A stretch of DNA of 18,189 nucleotides from Pseudomonadota bacterium (GCA_043718025.1 JAYSWN010000217.1:1-18189); one strand, 5' to 3'; positions 7,803 through 16,975 are shown, counted from the stretch's first letter. Notes: generated by a model from the sequence alone, not told the origin. Program-made: numbers and translations.

Positions 7803-8020
7803 TTGGGGACCCGCAAGCCAACCGTCTGCGGCGTCTCCACCGGAGAAAAGTGCATCACTTCAACTCCTAGTCCCAATTTATTTGCCTGCGCGGCCAGCGC
7901 GGCCACAAAGTTTGATCCCACCGGTGCCACCGTGATCAGTCGGTTTTTGTTTCGCGCGACGGCGCGACCCAACTCCCAGACCATCGGCAGGGAGTTTCTA
8001 GATACTTTGGCGACAACTGT
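7799..8020 (-). pseudogene. Fragment of a PLP-dependent ACC deaminase / D-cysteine desulfhydrase-like gene
   Basis: The frame reads KVSRN...WELGRAVARNKNRLITVAPVGSNFVAALAAQANKLGLGVEV, resembling the family's NKxRKL..L..A.....LIT.G..xSNH...AAAA.KLGL segment. It is only 60-70 codons, bounded by stops. Confidence 0.55.
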
Positions 8021-8054
8021 TTAAGGCGGAGCGCTATGGTAGGATTGTCGTTCA

Positions 8055-8933
8055 ATGAAAAAAATCACTGCCCTATTGATCTCGTGTTGCTTGATGACCC
8101 CTCTGCATGCAGAGGGCTTAAAAGAGTACAAAGATCTAAAGCACCGTCCGCTCAAAACGGAGCCGATCACGGAAAAGGTGGTCGAACGTCCTTGCCCAGA
8201 GGTCTTTCTCGAGACTTGTCTGCCGAGCTGCGCCAACGAAACGTGTCGAGCGCAGTGTCAGCAAAATGCGGTGCCCTACTGTAAACAGCGGCAGGAGCAG
8301 CGCGCGAAAGAGTCGGCTAAGATTTTACTCTACGTTTTGCTGCTCGCCTCCGGCCCGCTTCTCACCGTGGTGGACGGACCGCGCAACTATGATGGCGGGG
8401 GAGGGGGACAAGATCCGTACACGTTTTATTGGGATCTTCCGTCGTTCAACGTAGACCTTGGAGCGGGGCTGCTTTCTGGCGGTACCTTTGGCAGCTCGGC
8501 GGTGGGTGCCTTTCGTTACGACCACTTTGGCGCAAGCCTCAACACCACCTACTTTACTCAAGGCGGAAGTTCTCTGCTCGAGTTCGACGTAGGACCTTCT
8601 TTCTATTTAGGATCCACCCACCTCTCGGCGGCGATCTCCCCCGTACTGCTGGGATCGGCGGGGTCGGGCGTGAAGGCGGAGTATGGTTTCGGCGTACGCA
8701 CGTCAACTACCGCCTACTTTGGCCCTTGGTACTTGGTGTTTTCGCCGCTGCTCGGAAAAATAAACGCGCTGTGGCAGTTCGCTTTCCGTGCCGGGGTTGG
8801 TTACCGATTCGCCCCGCAGTGGGGCGTGCACCTGGTTTACGATCACCACGGCGTTTTGGATCTCAACACGCTGGTGATCTCCAGCGCCTCGCTCAACGGC
8901 GCACTTTTGTACCTGAGCTACCGCTTCAATTAA
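8055..8933 (+). CDS. Putative outer-membrane beta-barrel with a Cys-rich N-terminal domain
   Basis: Signal peptide (..MTPLHA), six clustered Cys, then alternating Gly/aromatic-rich beta strands ending in the BAM-type motif YLSYRFN. AGGA RBS. Confidence 0.7.
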   Translation: MKKITALLISCCLMTPLHAEGLKEYKDLKHRPLKTEPITEKVVERPCPEVFLETCLPSCANETCRAQCQQNAVPYCKQRQEQRAKESAKILLYVLLLASGPLLTVVDGPRNYDGGGGGQDPYTFYWDLPSFNVDLGAGLLSGGTFGSSAVGAFRYDHFGASLNTTYFTQGGSSLLEFDVGPSFYLGSTHLSAAISPVLLGSAGSGVKAEYGFGVRTSTTAYFGPWYLVFSPLLGKINALWQFAFRAGVGYRFAPQWGVHLVYDHHGVLDLNTLVISSASLNGALLYLSYRFN

Positions 8934-8958
8934 CGGCGGGAGACGGGGCTTAACGCCG

Positions 8959-9312
8959 CTATTGTTTCGACCATCCGCCATCCTTGCGGATAAATCTACC
9001 GGGCTTCTCCCGCCTTACGATTGCCTCGCCCAAAATTCCAGCGAGGGCTTCTACCGATTGCCCCTGGACCGCGGCCCGCTTGCCGTACTCCTGTCGGCGA
9101 TCGGCATTCTCTGCCTCTACCAGTGCTTTGGCCGTAGCGTCGTCTTTGACCAGTCCGAGGTAGCCATCGGTTTGCTCACCAATAATGCCTTTTGTTTTCA
9201 TCTCCACGATTTGGGGCAAGCGGGCCTTCATCGACTCAAGCTCGGCCATCGCGGGTCCGGCGATCAAAACTGAAACCAGAATCGAAAAAAAGAATGGGGT
9301 AGGGCGGTTCAT
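8959..9312 (-). CDS. ydbL: YdbL family protein (DUF1318)
   Basis: Signal peptide, GIIGEQTDGYL..V, VEAENADRR..Y, PG.FI....GW motifs; third gene of the operon. Confidence 0.88.
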   Translation of the reverse strand: MNRPTPFFFSILVSVLIAGPAMAELESMKARLPQIVEMKTKGIIGEQTDGYLGLVKDDATAKALVEAENADRRQEYGKRAAVQGQSVEALAGILGEAIVRREKPGRFIRKDGGWSKQ

Positions 9313-9536
9313 TTTTTTGCTCCTTTCACTTTCTTAGACTTTTTTAGCACCTGATCCTCGAGGTTGAGTAGATCCTCATTCTGAGCCTCTACTTTGTATC
9401 TTACCTCGTGGTCCACCTTAACGTTAAGATTCACCACGAAGGGTTTATCGGACGGCTCAATTTGCACCCGGTGAGTGCACGAGAGTCCGGCCCCCATCGC
9501 GAGGACAGCAACCGCGTAGATCCTAATTTGTTTCAT
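9309..9536 (-). CDS. ynbE: YnbE family lipoprotein
   Basis: Lipobox GLSC followed by THRVQIEPSDKPFVVNLNVKVDHEVRYKVE; lies between ydbH and ydbL. Confidence 0.88.
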   Translation of the reverse strand: MKQIRIYAVAVLAMGAGLSCTHRVQIEPSDKPFVVNLNVKVDHEVRYKVEAQNEDLLNLEDQVLKKSKKVKGAKK

Positions 9537-9537
9537 G

Positions 9538-11310
9538 TTATCTCCCTAAAAAAGCTTTCATTACAGTTTCTCTGATCAGGGGTTCAATCTGGCCCGTTAT
9601 CGGCAGAGAAATTTCGAACGGCTGACCTTTCGCTAAGTTCGGATTGTATCCCTTAAGCTCAAGCCCCACCCACATGTTCGTATCGCGCTTTCTGTTCAGG
9701 GTAAGGCGAAGCAACGAAAAATGAAAATCATGCAACGCCTTCAGCACCAACATTTGTTGCCCCTGGGCGAGAAGATCGTTGAACTCATCAAGAAATTCGA
9801 TCTTCTCCTTGAGGTGCACGGTGCTCTGATCACGATAACTCAAACGGCCCGGCTGCTCATTACGAATCACCCCATTATCGATTTCTAAGTCGCCGTTTTC
9901 AAGCGACCAAGGGATGACGCCGCTCAATTTTCCCGAACCTTGCGCGTTTTCCCCAAAAACCAGCGGGGCCAGCAGGGAGAGTTCGGCATTTTCTAAAAAC
10001 ACCCTTGATGCAGCGCGTCCTCTGGAGATGGCCCAGGCAAAGGGCTCCAACCGTAAAGTGCCTCCCGCAAACTGAGCCCGCCCCTCGGCGATTGCCACCG
10101 ACGTTGCCGCTTTCCAACTCAGTCGAATCGATGCATTTTCGAACGGAACTTTTTTCCCCACCGAGGTGACTTGAATTTGATTTTCACCAAGGCTGCGAAC
10201 CCGCGGGTAAAGCTCCCCTGAAATTTGAACCTTACCCAGTGAAAAAGGAATTTCGTTCCATTCCCCGGTGACTCCCGAAGAGAGCATCCGAGACGTCACG
10301 CGCGCGCCGTTACCCTTCCAATCGGCGGAAGCTGAAGCAACAATCTTTCCCCCTAACCCGTCTAATCCGGGAGCTACTTTTTTCAGCCAAGCGGGAAGGG
10401 GAACTTCGGTTTGAAAAATCACCGGGAGCTCCACGGTGGCGTGCCCATGCTGCCAATCCTGCGTTGACCCCTGGCCGCGCGCGGTCCACGGAAAATCCGG
10501 CGATCCTAAAGACCACGTAAAATCGCCAGCTCCCCGCAAATTCCCTTTGGCCGTAAGTACGCCGGAGAAAACAAAGGGCGGCAGATTTTCAAGCGCAGAA
10601 AAATTTGCGGGACGAATTCCTGAAACACTACCGGTAACTAAAAATTGTCCGGGCTCTTCGTTCAAATTGATTTTCCAGAGGCTTTGCACGCTTCCGACCT
10701 GCAGCACGCCACGGCCAAACTTACGCGCCGCACAGGGCGTCAGCTTCTCTCCGCAGGAGAGGTTTAAGAGTAACGGCACTTCGTGGATATTTGAAATGGT
10801 CCAATCGGCGAAGTGTTTGGTCTTTTCTTTTAGCAGGCTGATGCGGCCACTTCCTCCCGAGGGCGAAAGCAAAACGTTTCCTTCGAGCCCCAGCGAAATA
10901 GGGTTGCTCCCGGCTAGTAGCCCGTTGGCGCCAAAGTCGCCTTTGAGTTTCCATTCTCCCCAGAATGGCAGCAGTACCTCCGCATCCACCATGGGCCCCA
11001 GCACGGCGTTGGGCCCCGCCGCCAATTCCCTCCAGCGCTCTTTCACCCGCAGTGAAACCGACGGCGGAAAGAGATTCCAACGCCAATTGAACGGAACCAA
11101 AATCGGGGCGGCTCCATTGAGTTGTAGCTCTACCCCGCCGCCGGCGTAGGCAAGCGTCTTTAGCGTTAGCCGCACCCCCGGCAAGGGGGTGTGGTTTTGC
11201 CAGCGGGCTAGCAACCATTTTGCGATTGGCAAAGAGGCAAGGCGAAATGAGCAAACGACAATAAGAAACGTAATACCAATAACTGCCCAACGCTTCTGAC
11301 GAGGATTCAC
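9538..11310 (-). CDS. ydbH: YdbH family (AsmA-like) intermembrane bridge protein
   Basis: N-terminal TM anchor, long beta-rich body, C-terminal motifs FAGGTL.L.PF, GKLSGVIP, G.LSY, ALHDFHF..L, L.G.NP; upstream of ynbE-ydbL. Confidence 0.82.
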   Translation of the reverse strand: MNPRQKRWAVIGITFLIVVCSFRLASLPIAKWLLARWQNHTPLPGVRLTLKTLAYAGGGVELQLNGAAPILVPFNWRWNLFPPSVSLRVKERWRELAAGPNAVLGPMVDAEVLLPFWGEWKLKGDFGANGLLAGSNPISLGLEGNVLLSPSGGSGRISLLKEKTKHFADWTISNIHEVPLLLNLSCGEKLTPCAARKFGRGVLQVGSVQSLWKINLNEEPGQFLVTGSVSGIRPANFSALENLPPFVFSGVLTAKGNLRGAGDFTWSLGSPDFPWTARGQGSTQDWQHGHATVELPVIFQTEVPLPAWLKKVAPGLDGLGGKIVASASADWKGNGARVTSRMLSSGVTGEWNEIPFSLGKVQISGELYPRVRSLGENQIQVTSVGKKVPFENASIRLSWKAATSVAIAEGRAQFAGGTLRLEPFAWAISRGRAASRVFLENAELSLLAPLVFGENAQGSGKLSGVIPWSLENGDLEIDNGVIRNEQPGRLSYRDQSTVHLKEKIEFLDEFNDLLAQGQQMLVLKALHDFHFSLLRLTLNRKRDTNMWVGLELKGYNPNLAKGQPFEISLPITGQIEPLIRETVMKAFLGR

Positions 11311-11409
11311 CGCTCGATTGTAATCGCAGCTTAGAAAAACCTCTCTATTTAAGTTAGCCTTTGCCCGCGGGTAATGGGGTTCACCGACGTGCTATACTTC
11401 GGCGGAAAA

Positions 11410-12849
11410 ATGAAAATAGCACTGATCAACGCTCCTCCAAAAGGGATCTACGAACCCACATATGACACCCCGAGTTTTACGCGCCTCAGCTTAGCTTGTT
11501 TGGCCGCCTACCTTCGCCACCACGGTTACGGTGATCTGTTGCTCATCGACGCCAAATTCGAGAAAATTGATTACTCGGAAATCCGCAGGCGACTGCTGGC
11601 TTTTCAAGCGGACGCCATCGGCTATACCGCTTTTACCAATGAAGTGGTTCAGTGTGCCCGAGTGGCCGCGATCGCCCATGAAGTGGCCGCGACTTGCGCA
11701 AAGACGGTGGTTAATATTCTTGGCGGCGTCCACTCCACCGCGATGTCGGAAAGATCGCTTCGCGAATTTTCCCAGTTCGACTTCACGGTGATTGGGGAGG
11801 GTGAACAAACCTTTCTTGAGCTGATTCAACATCTGGATGGAAGTTTGGGAAGGCCCCTGTCGGAAGTTAAGGGAATAGGTTATCTCGAGGCCATCCCCTC
11901 CTCGCCCTATCGCCAGACCATGGCTCGCAGTAATATTTCTGACCAAACCCTTTTACCGATGCCGGCTTGGGACCTGCTGCCGGTCAGCCCTCAGTATCTG
12001 GTAATGAGCGCGCGAGGCTGTCCTTTTGCGTGTAGTTTTTGTCAAAATCCGAATGGGCGCATCGTTCGAAAGAGAGGGGTCGATCAGTTTCTCAAAGAAG
12101 TGGAGTGGCTGGTTCGGAGAAATGCAGGCAAGGCAGAATTCAATATCTGTGACGAAATCTTTACCATTGATCGAAACCGCGCCCACGCAATTTTGGATGG
12201 CCTAAGCGAAATCGGTTTTGGCAAGAGTTCTCATCTGCAATTTATCGCGCAGACCCACATCAATACGGTAGACGAGGCGCTCTTGCTAAAAATCGCCAAT
12301 ACCGGCTGTACCTCACTTGGTTTCGGCCTGGAGAGTGGTGACGAAGCTATCCTTCAGGGAATTGGCAAAGGAACCAATCTAAGCCAAATTCGCCGTATTA
12401 TGTCCCTGGCGAAAAAATGCGGCGTAAAGGTGACCAGCTACTTTATTTTAGGACAACCCAACGAAACCTGGAAAACGGCCCTACGTTCAATCAAGTTGGC
12501 GGTTAAGTTGAATCCCCAAATACCCATCTTTGGGATTATGGTTCCCTATCCCGGTACTAAAATTTGGGAATGGGCCAATCGCCGCGAAAAAGGGTACCGT
12601 TTGAAAAGCCTCAACTGGAATGATTACAATAAACAAGTTGGTAACGCCCTTGAATTTGAAGGGATCAGTCGACGCAAGATGGAAGTTCTTCAGTTGCTGG
12701 GATACGTCTCAGTATTTCTGGCAAATCTTAGGTTTGCAGATTTCTTAAAGTTTGCCTGGAAGTACCGCATCGACGGATTTAGCGTGTTAAAAAATATTAT
12801 TCGCCCGGCTTTTGGTTTTTTTCTTACAAACAAGCCATTGAAGAATTGA
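11410..12849 (+). CDS. Cobalamin-binding radical SAM protein
   Basis: B12-binding domain (LACLAAYL, GGVHST, GEGE), RGCPFACSFC [4Fe-4S] motif, FGLESG, FILGQPNET, PYPGT. Start is likely MKIALIN (11410) rather than 11374. Confidence 0.92.
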   Translation: MKIALINAPPKGIYEPTYDTPSFTRLSLACLAAYLRHHGYGDLLLIDAKFEKIDYSEIRRRLLAFQADAIGYTAFTNEVVQCARVAAIAHEVAATCAKTVVNILGGVHSTAMSERSLREFSQFDFTVIGEGEQTFLELIQHLDGSLGRPLSEVKGIGYLEAIPSSPYRQTMARSNISDQTLLPMPAWDLLPVSPQYLVMSARGCPFACSFCQNPNGRIVRKRGVDQFLKEVEWLVRRNAGKAEFNICDEIFTIDRNRAHAILDGLSEIGFGKSSHLQFIAQTHINTVDEALLLKIANTGCTSLGFGLESGDEAILQGIGKGTNLSQIRRIMSLAKKCGVKVTSYFILGQPNETWKTALRSIKLAVKLNPQIPIFGIMVPYPGTKIWEWANRREKGYRLKSLNWNDYNKQVGNALEFEGISRRKMEVLQLLGYVSVFLANLRFADFLKFAWKYRIDGFSVLKNIIRPAFGFFLTNKPLKN

Positions 12850-12854
12850 TTTTT

Positions 12855-13601
12855 ATGCTTAAAAAAAGTGAGTGTAAAAAAGATGAATCAATAAAATTCA
12901 TCTATCTCGTTCCCATCCACAATGAAGCTCAAATACTGGTCCAGACGGTTGCGGCGCTGCGCGATGGTTTAAAATCCTTTCCCGGCAGTCAGGTGTATTT
13001 GCTCGAGAACGGTAGCCGAGATCAGTCGTTTCGACTGGCAAAAGAGCTGACCGAAGAGTCTGATACCTTTTCGGTAAAGTGTTTTAGCACCAATAATGCG
13101 GGCATGGGGGCCGCTTATCGATTAGGGCTGGAGAATTTGCCCGCCCTCAGTGCTTCATGGCGCGTGGTGTTTACGGCAGCCGATCTTCCCTTTGGATTTT
13201 CGGATCTGGAGAGTTATTTACAAGGGCCCTTGGATATTGCTCTGGCCATCGGCTCAAAATCTCATTCTTTAAGTAGAGTCAAACGAGCCTGGTATCGGTG
13301 GATTATGAGTTTTTGTTTTCAAACCGCACGAAGGGCTCTTTTAGGCGCGAAAGTGAGAGATTCACAAGGCACTTTATTTTTGCGCGCTGACTTGGTCGGG
13401 GAAGCGATAACGGTTCGAGCCAATGACTTTTTTTTTACAACGGAATTGGTAAATTTAGCCGAACAACAGAGGTGGGAGGTCCGTGAAATGCCCGTCGTTC
13501 TCAAGCCAGAGCAACGCCCTTCTACGGTAAAGCCCCTTCGCCATGGTTGGACTATGTTCAAACAACTCTGGGAGCTGCGACGCCGAGAACAACGGCTTTA
13601 G
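12855..13601 (+). CDS. GT2 glycosyltransferase, polyprenol-phosphate (DPM1/ArnC/GtrB-like) type
   Basis: LVPIHNEA, ENGSRD.S, GMGAAYRLG, AIGSK, RDSQG, FF..EL, EMPV. Start is TTG 12846 or ATG 12855. Confidence 0.85.
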   Translation: MLKKSECKKDESIKFIYLVPIHNEAQILVQTVAALRDGLKSFPGSQVYLLENGSRDQSFRLAKELTEESDTFSVKCFSTNNAGMGAAYRLGLENLPALSASWRVVFTAADLPFGFSDLESYLQGPLDIALAIGSKSHSLSRVKRAWYRWIMSFCFQTARRALLGAKVRDSQGTLFLRADLVGEAITVRANDFFFTTELVNLAEQQRWEVREMPVVLKPEQRPSTVKPLRHGWTMFKQLWELRRREQRL

Positions 13602-15346
13602 CTTTTCGAAGCCTGGAGATTCTCGGGTCGGAAGATACATTTCCATAACGGCTTCTTCTCGTGAGGGATCCATTTGCAATTGAGAGCAACGTTCAATTTA
13701 TTCTGAAGGATTTTTAGATTACCCGCATCCATCCAGATTAGCGCCTGTTGGCGTCTTTTAGGGAAAGCAGCGCGAAGCGATTCAATTTGATTCGGATCGA
13801 AAATCTCAATGTCATGTGTGTTCGGCGGGATCAGTTTAAGAAACTCAGCCAGTCTTTTAAAACTTTCATAGTAGACGATTTCCATCCAGTGAGGGTCTCC
13901 GATCACGACCAAATCGTGGTTACGAATTTCATCTAAAAAAAGTGTGTCACTGATAGGAACCTTTTCCTTCCCGTCTAACGCCCAAAAACCAGGGTAGAAG
14001 TTCTGCCTCGACATTGGGCTCACGCAACAAAAATGAAACCAGATCAAATAGAACAGAGAAAGGTGAGTGAACACGACGCCCAGCGCCGGTTGGCGAATGC
14101 GCGGCATTACCTTCAAAATTCCGCGGGCGCTGAAGAAATAAAATGGAATTAAGATGAAAATCGCCCGGCGTGCCCCGGGCAGATTACTTCCCAGTGCGGA
14201 GAGCAGAATCGTCAAGGGGATACAAAATGCAATCGCAAGAAGAGGTTTGGAGTTTTGTTTTGAACGCAACTCTAGCAAACCCGCCACGAAAAAAGGTAAG
14301 AGAAAAGGTTCTAAGAATGGGGCAGGAAAAAAGGTCATCGGGCTGTCACAAGTAATCAATAACTCGTAGAGAATTTTGTAGACCGAAAAAAAATAGTCAC
14401 CTGTTTTCCAGGTCGGTACCCCAGGGGATAGAAATAAAAGTGTTGGACTGGTCGATAGCTTTAGGTGCCAGAAAAAGAAAGCGGCAAGGCTCAAGCAGAA
14501 AAAAAAAGACCCGACGCAGAATCCTTTCACGTAAGTACGGTCGAGGTTAGGTCGCTTGCGGAAATAGTAGAAAGACGCCGCGGTGGTTAAGACCAAAAAG
14601 TAGGCCAAGGCGCCCAAGGAGTAAGCTGGATAGGTGAATAGGCTGGCAGAAAAGATGAATCCGATTGAGGCCGACAAAAAAATCGACGGCCGAGTTCGCC
14701 AGTGAGAATAGAGGAGAATAAGCAGGGGGACGTAAAAAAGAAGCGTTCCGGTCTCTACCGCCATCTTATTCAAATAACTTCCGTAGAGCGAAATCGACAA
14801 AAGAGCGGTCGTCCATACCGCGAGAAGCGAACCGCCCAGCCGCCTTATGGCCAAAAACAGACAGAGCAGGCCCAGCATCCCCATGGTGACAACCTGAATT
14901 CGAACCGCAAGCGGCGAAATTCCAAAAAGCCATTGCCAAGCAAGTACCAAAAGCGAGTGGGTTGCATTGGTGGCCCCGTTGTAGGGCATGTTTCCGGTGA
15001 GCAATCCCGTATTGAGAATTCGCGTTATCGATAATTCATCCATCGTGAGCTGACCGCCAGACAATTGGGTCAGATCGCAAACGCGAAGAATCAAACCGCA
15101 GCTGAGAATGAGCCGCGGCAGGAAATGGCTTGAGTTTTGCGAATCCTGTTGCGTCTGGTGATCCCGGGTCAAGGGCCAGGCACGAATGCAGATAAAGCTG
15201 GCAACCGCAAATAGGGCGATTTGGAACAGGTGGGCGGTTAGCACCACCCGGTGCGAAAGAATTACCGGTAGGTGAGCTGGGAGGGTTATTAGGTTCGATT
15301 GAATTGTCTGTTGAAGAGTTGTAAATATTTCCAAGAAAGCGTTCAA
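13598..15346 (-). CDS. ArnT/PMT-like (GT-C fold) multi-pass membrane glycosyltransferase
   Basis: Many hydrophobic helices, LR...L......MDE first-loop acidic motif, LFGISPLAVR, RRAIFILIPF, soluble C-terminal tail. The start overlaps the upstream stop. Confidence 0.75.
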   Translation of the reverse strand: MNAFLEIFTTLQQTIQSNLITLPAHLPVILSHRVVLTAHLFQIALFAVASFICIRAWPLTRDHQTQQDSQNSSHFLPRLILSCGLILRVCDLTQLSGGQLTMDELSITRILNTGLLTGNMPYNGATNATHSLLVLAWQWLFGISPLAVRIQVVTMGMLGLLCLFLAIRRLGGSLLAVWTTALLSISLYGSYLNKMAVETGTLLFYVPLLILLYSHWRTRPSIFLSASIGFIFSASLFTYPAYSLGALAYFLVLTTAASFYYFRKRPNLDRTYVKGFCVGSFFFCLSLAAFFFWHLKLSTSPTLLFLSPGVPTWKTGDYFFSVYKILYELLITCDSPMTFFPAPFLEPFLLPFFVAGLLELRSKQNSKPLLAIAFCIPLTILLSALGSNLPGARRAIFILIPFYFFSARGILKVMPRIRQPALGVVFTHLSLFYLIWFHFCCVSPMSRQNFYPGFWALDGKEKVPISDTLFLDEIRNHDLVVIGDPHWMEIVYYESFKRLAEFLKLIPPNTHDIEIFDPNQIESLRAAFPKRRQQALIWMDAGNLKILQNKLNVALNCKWIPHEKKPLWKCIFRPENLQASKS

Positions 15347-16110
15347 GTTAGGTCTCTATTTGCTGGCGACGACCCCGAACCTTTGTGCCACTTTTGAAAC
15401 TGAGTTGGTGGTTCATCCCCATTTGCCAAACGCCGGCGAAGTAGCTCGGGAAGGAGCCTTTCTAACTCTGCAGGCATTTTTCTAAACAGCATTCCTTCTT
15501 CTGTCTTTGGCCACTTCTCGTGTGGTCTATCCGCAATGAGTTGAAGGGTAGGCGAGATCAGGGCAACTTGAGTCTCGTGAAGGCGTAGAGAAATATCTGT
15601 CAGTGAATCATCAGGATAAAGTGGGATCTCTTCGCGGACCAAGATGCGACCCCGGTCAATTTTTTCGTCGATAAGGTGCGCAGTTACCCCAAATGGCTTG
15701 TTGTGAAAGATCGCCCACTGCACAGTGTCGAGCCCACGTACATCGGGCAAAAGGCCCGGGTGAAAGTTAAGTATCCCCAGTTCGGGAATCGACAAGATTG
15801 GTTCTTTCAGAATTCTGGCCCCCGAGATTAAGCCCAGATTGACGTTATATCGGCGTAAAAGTTCGGAGCATTCGGCACTATTGTGCTTAGCGACATGGAA
15901 AGGCCAATCGAACCGCTCGCTAATTGTTTTTGCTGATGCCATCCCAAAATGACGAGGACTAACGCGCGTTTTTGCGGGCGGCAAGCCTAGATCTTCAAAT
16001 GGCGCCGCGATCACTACGGCAACAGAAATTCGATTGAGAAAGAGCTGCGTCAAAAAGTCATGAGTTTTTTTGTGTTCAAACTCGTAAGCGAACACTCCAA
16101 CTCTCAACAT
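15343..16110 (-). CDS. N10-formyl-THF-dependent formyltransferase (Formyl_trans_N)
   Basis: GILNFHPGLLPDVRG and GVTAHLIDEKIDRG.IL catalytic motifs; no full Fmt C-terminal domain. Confidence 0.88.
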   Translation of the reverse strand: MLRVGVFAYEFEHKKTHDFLTQLFLNRISVAVVIAAPFEDLGLPPAKTRVSPRHFGMASAKTISERFDWPFHVAKHNSAECSELLRRYNVNLGLISGARILKEPILSIPELGILNFHPGLLPDVRGLDTVQWAIFHNKPFGVTAHLIDEKIDRGRILVREEIPLYPDDSLTDISLRLHETQVALISPTLQLIADRPHEKWPKTEEGMLFRKMPAELERLLPELLRRRLANGDEPPTQFQKWHKGSGSSPANRDLT

Positions 16111-16224
16111 AGGCTTTACTCTTGGTCTTGTATTCGGGGACTTTGGGTTCGCTTACTTCCAGTAGAGAAATTAGACTACACTTTCAAATAAAAGGCTAGA
16201 AAACCAACGTCACTCTCAACCCAG

Positions 16225-16267
16225 AAAAAAAATCCCCGGGGAGCCAACGGCCGCCCCAGGGAATTTT
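16225..16267 (-). terminator. Rho-independent terminator
   Basis: Minus strand TCCCTGGGG-cggccgttggct-CCCCGGGGA followed by T8, about 30 bp after the stop at 16294. Confidence 0.75.
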
Positions 16268-16293
16268 GAAAATGATTAAATCGGTTTTGCCCG

Positions 16294-16815
16294 TTATTTA
16301 AAGTCGGTGCCGTTGGCTTCGAATTCCGCCGATTCAAAAACGTCTTTGCTGCTCTCCGCGGCAAAGCCTTGCCGTTCATTGGAGCCTTGGTTTTGTTTGA
16401 GTGCGCCGCAGTTGGCGGTAATGACTTTTAACAGCCGTCGCGCCGCATCGGTTTTCAGCAAATCATACGATCCACCGTCACTGAAAAGAACCACTTGTTT
16501 TAATCGCGGCGGTTTGTCGGCTTCTTGGATCGGCAGGTAGGCCACGTAGCTCTTGGCCGGCGCATTGAACTTTATGTACTGCCGTTTTTCAAAGTTCCTT
16601 GGTTCTTCGCCATCCTTGACGGCTATGGCGATGTCCTTACGAACGACGTCCCACTTTATATTGGGGTTGTTTTGAAATAGCTGACAATTAGAAATGAGGC
16701 CCAGATTGCTACCTTCTTTTCCAATGTCGCGGGTTAACAGCGGTCCACGGTAGGGCTGGTTGGCGAGTGCCGGTAGGGCGTACGCCACTACCAATAGGGG
16801 CAGTAAGAACTTCAT
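16294..16815 (-). CDS. Hypothetical secreted protein (173 aa)
   Basis: AAGGAG RBS before MKFLLPLLVVAYALPALA (signal peptide), two Cys, followed by a terminator. Confidence 0.7.
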   Translation of the reverse strand: MKFLLPLLVVAYALPALANQPYRGPLLTRDIGKEGSNLGLISNCQLFQNNPNIKWDVVRKDIAIAVKDGEEPRNFEKRQYIKFNAPAKSYVAYLPIQEADKPPRLKQVVLFSDGGSYDLLKTDAARRLLKVITANCGALKQNQGSNERQGFAAESSKDVFESAEFEANGTDFK

Positions 16816-16975
16816 ATTCAACTCCTTCGAGTAGGAGAGCAAAACGCTCTCCGATTTTTCGCTGAAGCTACGTCCAGAGGTTTCTAAAAGTAAAGAGGGA
16901 GGAGTAGCCCACACCCAGTTAGGCCGCACAGCCAAAATTGCCCCTTTAGCTTGCCGAATTGACCACGAAATGAGC

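Noticed and set aside
8930..8960. GGCG...CGCC between convergent genes as a terminator
   Set aside because: The stem is short, the loop is long and there is no U-tract.
10436..11149. 237-aa plus-strand ORF (and the 189-aa alternative frame at 10721-11290)
   Set aside because: Shadows of ydbH; Pro/Ser/Arg-rich with no motifs.
13428..14507. T9 (13428-13436) and A9 (14499-14507) homopolymers as phase-variation tracts
   Set aside because: Both genes are in frame, and the runs simply encode Phe-rich stretches in A/T-rich DNA.
16816..16935. N-terminal extension of the 213-aa ORF
   Set aside because: The internal ATG at 16815 has an AAGGAG RBS and begins a signal peptide.
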